From the IMG/VR virus record IMGVR_UViG_3300029705_000098: DNA of 20,000 bases. The stretch is one strand, 5' to 3'. Within the stretch, counting starts at the first letter, position 1. Each line of letters begins with the position of its first letter. Positions 17,574 through 20,000 of the stretch are shown here, piece after piece. Position numbers and translations under genes: made by a program. The notes beneath the pieces are model-generated. The model saw only the letters and a list, made by a program, of their open reading frames with translations. It ran no database searches and was not told the origin of the DNA. The stretch comes from an uncultured virus (IMG/VR IMGVR_UViG_3300029705_000098). Its lineage: Duplodnaviria > Heunggongvirae > Uroviricota > Caudoviricetes.

Positions 17574-18914
17574 TCAGCCGAGAGAGATAATCCTTGCAAT
17601 CGGGATAGCCTTAAGGCTGATGTAATCCTTTGTTCCCTGTTCGTTACTATTAACGAGTTCCCAGTTGACACCGAGCTCCAACTCAGCGTTTGTAGGAGAG
17701 AGTTTCGCCATAGATGCCTTTGTGAACGAAATGCCGTAAGGAGCAAAGCACTTTCTCTGACGAGAATAGAGTGTATCCTGACCACCGTTTGTCTTAGGGT
17801 CTCTGCTCATCTCGTAAGGAACCTTTGCACCGCAGTTGGTATACTCGATAGCACCATCGCCGAATACGTATGTGATGTACTTTGTTACACCAACAGGAGC
17901 AGTTGTAGTATCAGGTGTGATTGTACCAGCAACAGATGTTGTGGAAGTCACAGGCTCACCATGGCCATACTGACCAGACTTCTCTGTAAGTGTGAGGACT
18001 GCACCATCACGAGATACAGAATAGTGAGCGTTAGAACCAAGAGCGGATGCAAGGCCAGTAGCAACTGCTGTAGGTGTTTCAGTAGTAGAAACTGTGAACT
18101 CTGCACCATCTACAACAAACTTCTCACCAGTAGCAACCGTTCCACCGATTGTAACTGTGTAAACACCAGCGGCAGAGTATGTGTCGATTGTAGGCATACT
18201 ATCGTCAACCATTACAAGTCTACCGTTGAGAGTACCAATGGAAAGGTCTCTCTGAAGACCATTAGCGTCGTTATACTTGAGATAAACGAGCAACTTAAGG
18301 TTCTCAAGGTTTGTAGCAACGAAAGAGTGCATAATTGCCATTGAGAACTTGCCCTTGTGGTCACCACACGCTCTCTGAATTGCAGTATTGAGCGTTGTGC
18401 CGTCCATATAACCTAAAACGTTCTCTGTGTTTGTTGCGGCAGAAACATCATAAGTATGGCTCTGAACGAACTTAGCACCCTCACTGTCAGACATATTAAA
18501 TACACCTGTGAGAATGTGTACGAGTGTATCCTGGTCAATCTCGTCCCAATACTGTGAAATCTGTTGAGCGACGTTCTCCATAAAGTCAACACCACCAGTA
18601 ATGTCATAAGAGAAGTCCTTTTCTGTCCACGCCTTTGCACGACCTACAACAACTCTCGAATGAGAGAAGGTCTTTGTGCCTGTAGATGTAATGTCTGTTT
18701 CACCGTCGTAGTTGTCAGGTGTACCGTTGATAAGGCCCTTGAGAGGGGTTGTGATGTAGTTACCACCGACCTGGTCTGCCATCGCACCAGCAATATCCTG
18801 TCTCTGAACGATTGCTCTGGATTTGAGAAGTTCATTCAGCTTAGTATTGGGAAGCCTGTCCATATACTGCTGGAAAACTTCACTGTTAAAAAGTTTTGCG
18901 TCAAAAAGTCCCAT
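17574..18914 (-). CDS. Major capsid protein with internal ~100-aa insertion
   Basis: FDAKLFNSEVF..Y, GRAKAWTEKDFS, MHS.VATNLENL.LL, NGRLVMVDDSMP, VPYEMSRDPKTNGGQDTLYSR, SPTNAELE...NW motifs. Confidence 0.95.
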   Translation of the reverse strand: MGLFDAKLFNSEVFQQYMDRLPNTKLNELLKSRAIVQRQDIAGAMADQVGGNYITTPLKGLINGTPDNYDGETDITSTGTKTFSHSRVVVGRAKAWTEKDFSYDITGGVDFMENVAQQISQYWDEIDQDTLVHILTGVFNMSDSEGAKFVQSHTYDVSAATNTENVLGYMDGTTLNTAIQRACGDHKGKFSMAIMHSFVATNLENLKLLVYLKYNDANGLQRDLSIGTLNGRLVMVDDSMPTIDTYSAAGVYTVTIGGTVATGEKFVVDGAEFTVSTTETPTAVATGLASALGSNAHYSVSRDGAVLTLTEKSGQYGHGEPVTSTTSVAGTITPDTTTAPVGVTKYITYVFGDGAIEYTNCGAKVPYEMSRDPKTNGGQDTLYSRQRKCFAPYGISFTKASMAKLSPTNAELELGVNWELVNSNEQGTKDYISLKAIPIARIISLG

Positions 18915-18936
18915 AAATAATCTCCTTTAATTTTGT

Positions 18937-19593
18937 TTAACGGGCTTGGTCATTAGCCGCTTTCATCAACTCTGTAAGAGTAGGTTTCTTTTGTGGAGTA
19001 GCGCCCGGTGTACTACTTACAAACTGCGGCTTTGTCTCTGTGGGTGTGTTTGCTGTGGGTTCTGTTTTAGTAACAAATGCGTCTGCATTTACTTCTGCGT
19101 ATGCTTTAGCAAAATCATCTGCTCCTATGATAGTTCCCGCTTTCATCTTTAACTTCTCGTCCAAGAGAGACCTTACAAAATCACGCTTTGCGGCCTGGCT
19201 GGAAAACTCCTTGCCGTTAGCATATTCCTTTACTGCAAACTCGTACTCTTGCTCTGCCAACTGTTGCTTGTACGCTTCCATATCGGCATTATACTTTGTC
19301 TGCAACGTATCAAAGTTTGTTTGAAGTTCTGCCAACTTTGATGTGTCTGTGCCTGCCTCCCTTAACTTTGCCTGCAAGTCTACAAGGTCCTTATCACGCT
19401 GTGCGATAGTTCCGTTAAGTTGCTCGATGGAAGTGTCTTTAGACCCAATATCATCGTCATACTTTGACTTACTAACGTACTTGCCTTCAGAAAGGTCTGT
19501 AAACTTTGCTCCGCCGTCTTTAGCGATTGCCTCAAACTGCTCAAAAGTTAAAGTGCCGTTCTCTGCTTTGTCAAAAATCTCTTTGATGTTCAC
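18937..19593 (-). CDS. Capsid scaffolding protein (GP20-like)
   Basis: GTG start with RBS AGGAGGA; YVSKSKYDD, then long coiled coil and Pro/Thr-rich C-terminus; immediately upstream of the major capsid gene. Confidence 0.9.
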   Translation of the reverse strand: MNIKEIFDKAENGTLTFEQFEAIAKDGGAKFTDLSEGKYVSKSKYDDDIGSKDTSIEQLNGTIAQRDKDLVDLQAKLREAGTDTSKLAELQTNFDTLQTKYNADMEAYKQQLAEQEYEFAVKEYANGKEFSSQAAKRDFVRSLLDEKLKMKAGTIIGADDFAKAYAEVNADAFVTKTEPTANTPTETKPQFVSSTPGATPQKKPTLTELMKAANDQAR

Positions 19594-19622
19594 GAAAAAT
19601 TCCTCCTAAAACAATCTTTTAT

Positions 19623-19717
19623 ATCCGCTTTATTTATAATTTCGCAGTCGCGGTCTGCGTTGATTGTACCCTTGTTTTAAGGTCTAGGGCGAGACTATAT
19701 AATAAGGTGTTAGACCT
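19623..19717 (-). ncRNA. Structured 5' leader of the scaffold/capsid operon with two candidate H-type pseudoknots
   Basis: PK1: GTCT/AGAC stem (19682-19695), loop GCCCT pairs with AGGGT (19668-19672). PK2: CGCAG/CTGCG stem (19643-19659), loop CCGC pairs with GCGG (19625-19628). Both have A-rich linkers. Confidence 0.6.
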
Positions 19718-19737
19718 GTATTATCGTTGGAGTTCTA

Positions 19738-19766
19738 AAATTGAAAATGATAATCATTTTCAATTT
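19738..19766. promoter_or_regulatory. Perfect 14-1-14 palindrome containing a Fur box
   Basis: AAATTGAAAATGAT-A-ATCATTTTCAATTT; the core GAAAATGATAATCATTTTC (19743-19761) matches GATAATGATAATCATTATC at 17/19. Confidence 0.8.
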
Positions 19767-19775
19767 CATACCTCA

Positions 19776-19804
19776 ATATTATAATATATATTGGTAAATG
19801 TCAA
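19776..19804 (-). promoter_or_regulatory. Sigma-A promoter for the scaffold-capsid-tail operon
   Basis: TTGACA (19804-19799), then 17 nt, then TAATAT (19781-19776); an overlapping TATAAT lies at 15-nt spacing. Confidence 0.8.
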
Positions 19805-19806
19805 CA

Positions 19807-20000
19807 TTACTTATAATCTTTCACGCGTATTCTTTCAAGTTTTGCTGGGACACCACATTTTTGACTGAATTGTTTATAACGTGTTGTTAATTTTCCTACG
19901 CTGTTTCTGGCCTGCATCATCATATTTTTATCGTTCAGTGCTTTTCCATATAAGTATTTTTCCTTAGCCTTTCTGATTTCACGTTCATACCTGCGTTGAA
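19807..20000 (-). CDS. Phage minor capsid protein (Phage_min_cap2-like), 3' end only
   Basis: Translated by hand: QRRYEREIRKAKEKYLYGKALNDKNMMMQARNSVGKLTTRYKQFSQKCGVPAKLERIRVKDYK*; QR..ER.IR..K...Y..F motif; located before the scaffold gene. Confidence 0.85.
   Translation of the reverse strand, partial: QRRYEREIRKAKEKYLYGKALNDKNMMMQARNSVGKLTTRYKQFSQKCGVPAKLERIRVKDYK

Larger units (their letters stand above)
1..20000 (-). mobile_element. Siphophage or prophage structural and lysis module (A118/SPP1-like gene families, Firmicutes host)
   Basis: Co-oriented, tightly packed genes in head, neck, tail, tape measure, baseplate, fibre, holin, endolysin order; Firmicutes-style AGGAGG ribosome-binding sites. 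No att site or integrase in the window, so free phage and prophage cannot be distinguished. Confidence 0.97.

Noticed and set aside
14888..17600. A118-type frameshifted C-terminal extensions of the capsid or major tail protein
   Set aside because: No CCC-stop-type site at either stop, and no room for an Ig-like ORF downstream (37-nt and 70-nt gaps).
17565..18344. 259-aa plus-strand ORF
   Set aside because: Lies antisense to the major capsid gene; Cys/Arg-rich with no recognisable motif; a codon-bias shadow.
642..19609. Numerous short plus-strand and alternative-frame ORFs in the track (e.g. 1654..1863, 11827..12228, 13417..13752)
   Set aside because: They overlap well-supported minus-strand genes and lack protein-like motifs; 1654..1863 also conflicts with two better coupled ORFs.
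1..20000. CRISPR array, tRNA/rRNA, IS element, intron or intein, stop-codon recoding
   Set aside because: No regularly spaced repeats, cloverleafs or transposase/endonuclease motifs were seen, and genes tile the window fully under the standard code.

Overview
The whole window is the morphogenesis and lysis half of a Firmicutes-type (probably Clostridia-infecting) siphophage or prophage with A118/SPP1-like gene families, all on the minus strand. In transcription order (right to left): 3' end of a minor capsid gene, scaffold, major capsid, four head-tail/neck genes, major tail, two tail chaperones, tape measure, baseplate hub, several baseplate/fibre genes, a lysis cassette (two membrane proteins, holin, NlpC/P60-SH3b endolysin), a LuxR/GerE-like HTH gene and the start of a post-lysis module. 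The most striking signal is the non-coding region before the scaffold gene. It holds a near-consensus sigma-A promoter, then a perfect 29-bp palindrome matching the Fur box at 17/19, then a leader able to form two tandem H-type pseudoknots. This suggests host iron-dependent control of virion gene transcription. Other observations: an apparent in-frame chimera joining a holin-like membrane segment to a tail-fibre-like domain, no distal-tail (Dit) gene at the usual position, a 35-aa membrane microprotein missed by the ORF track, and internal insertions in both the capsid and major tail proteins. All product calls rest on motif recognition and gene order; no database searches were run.
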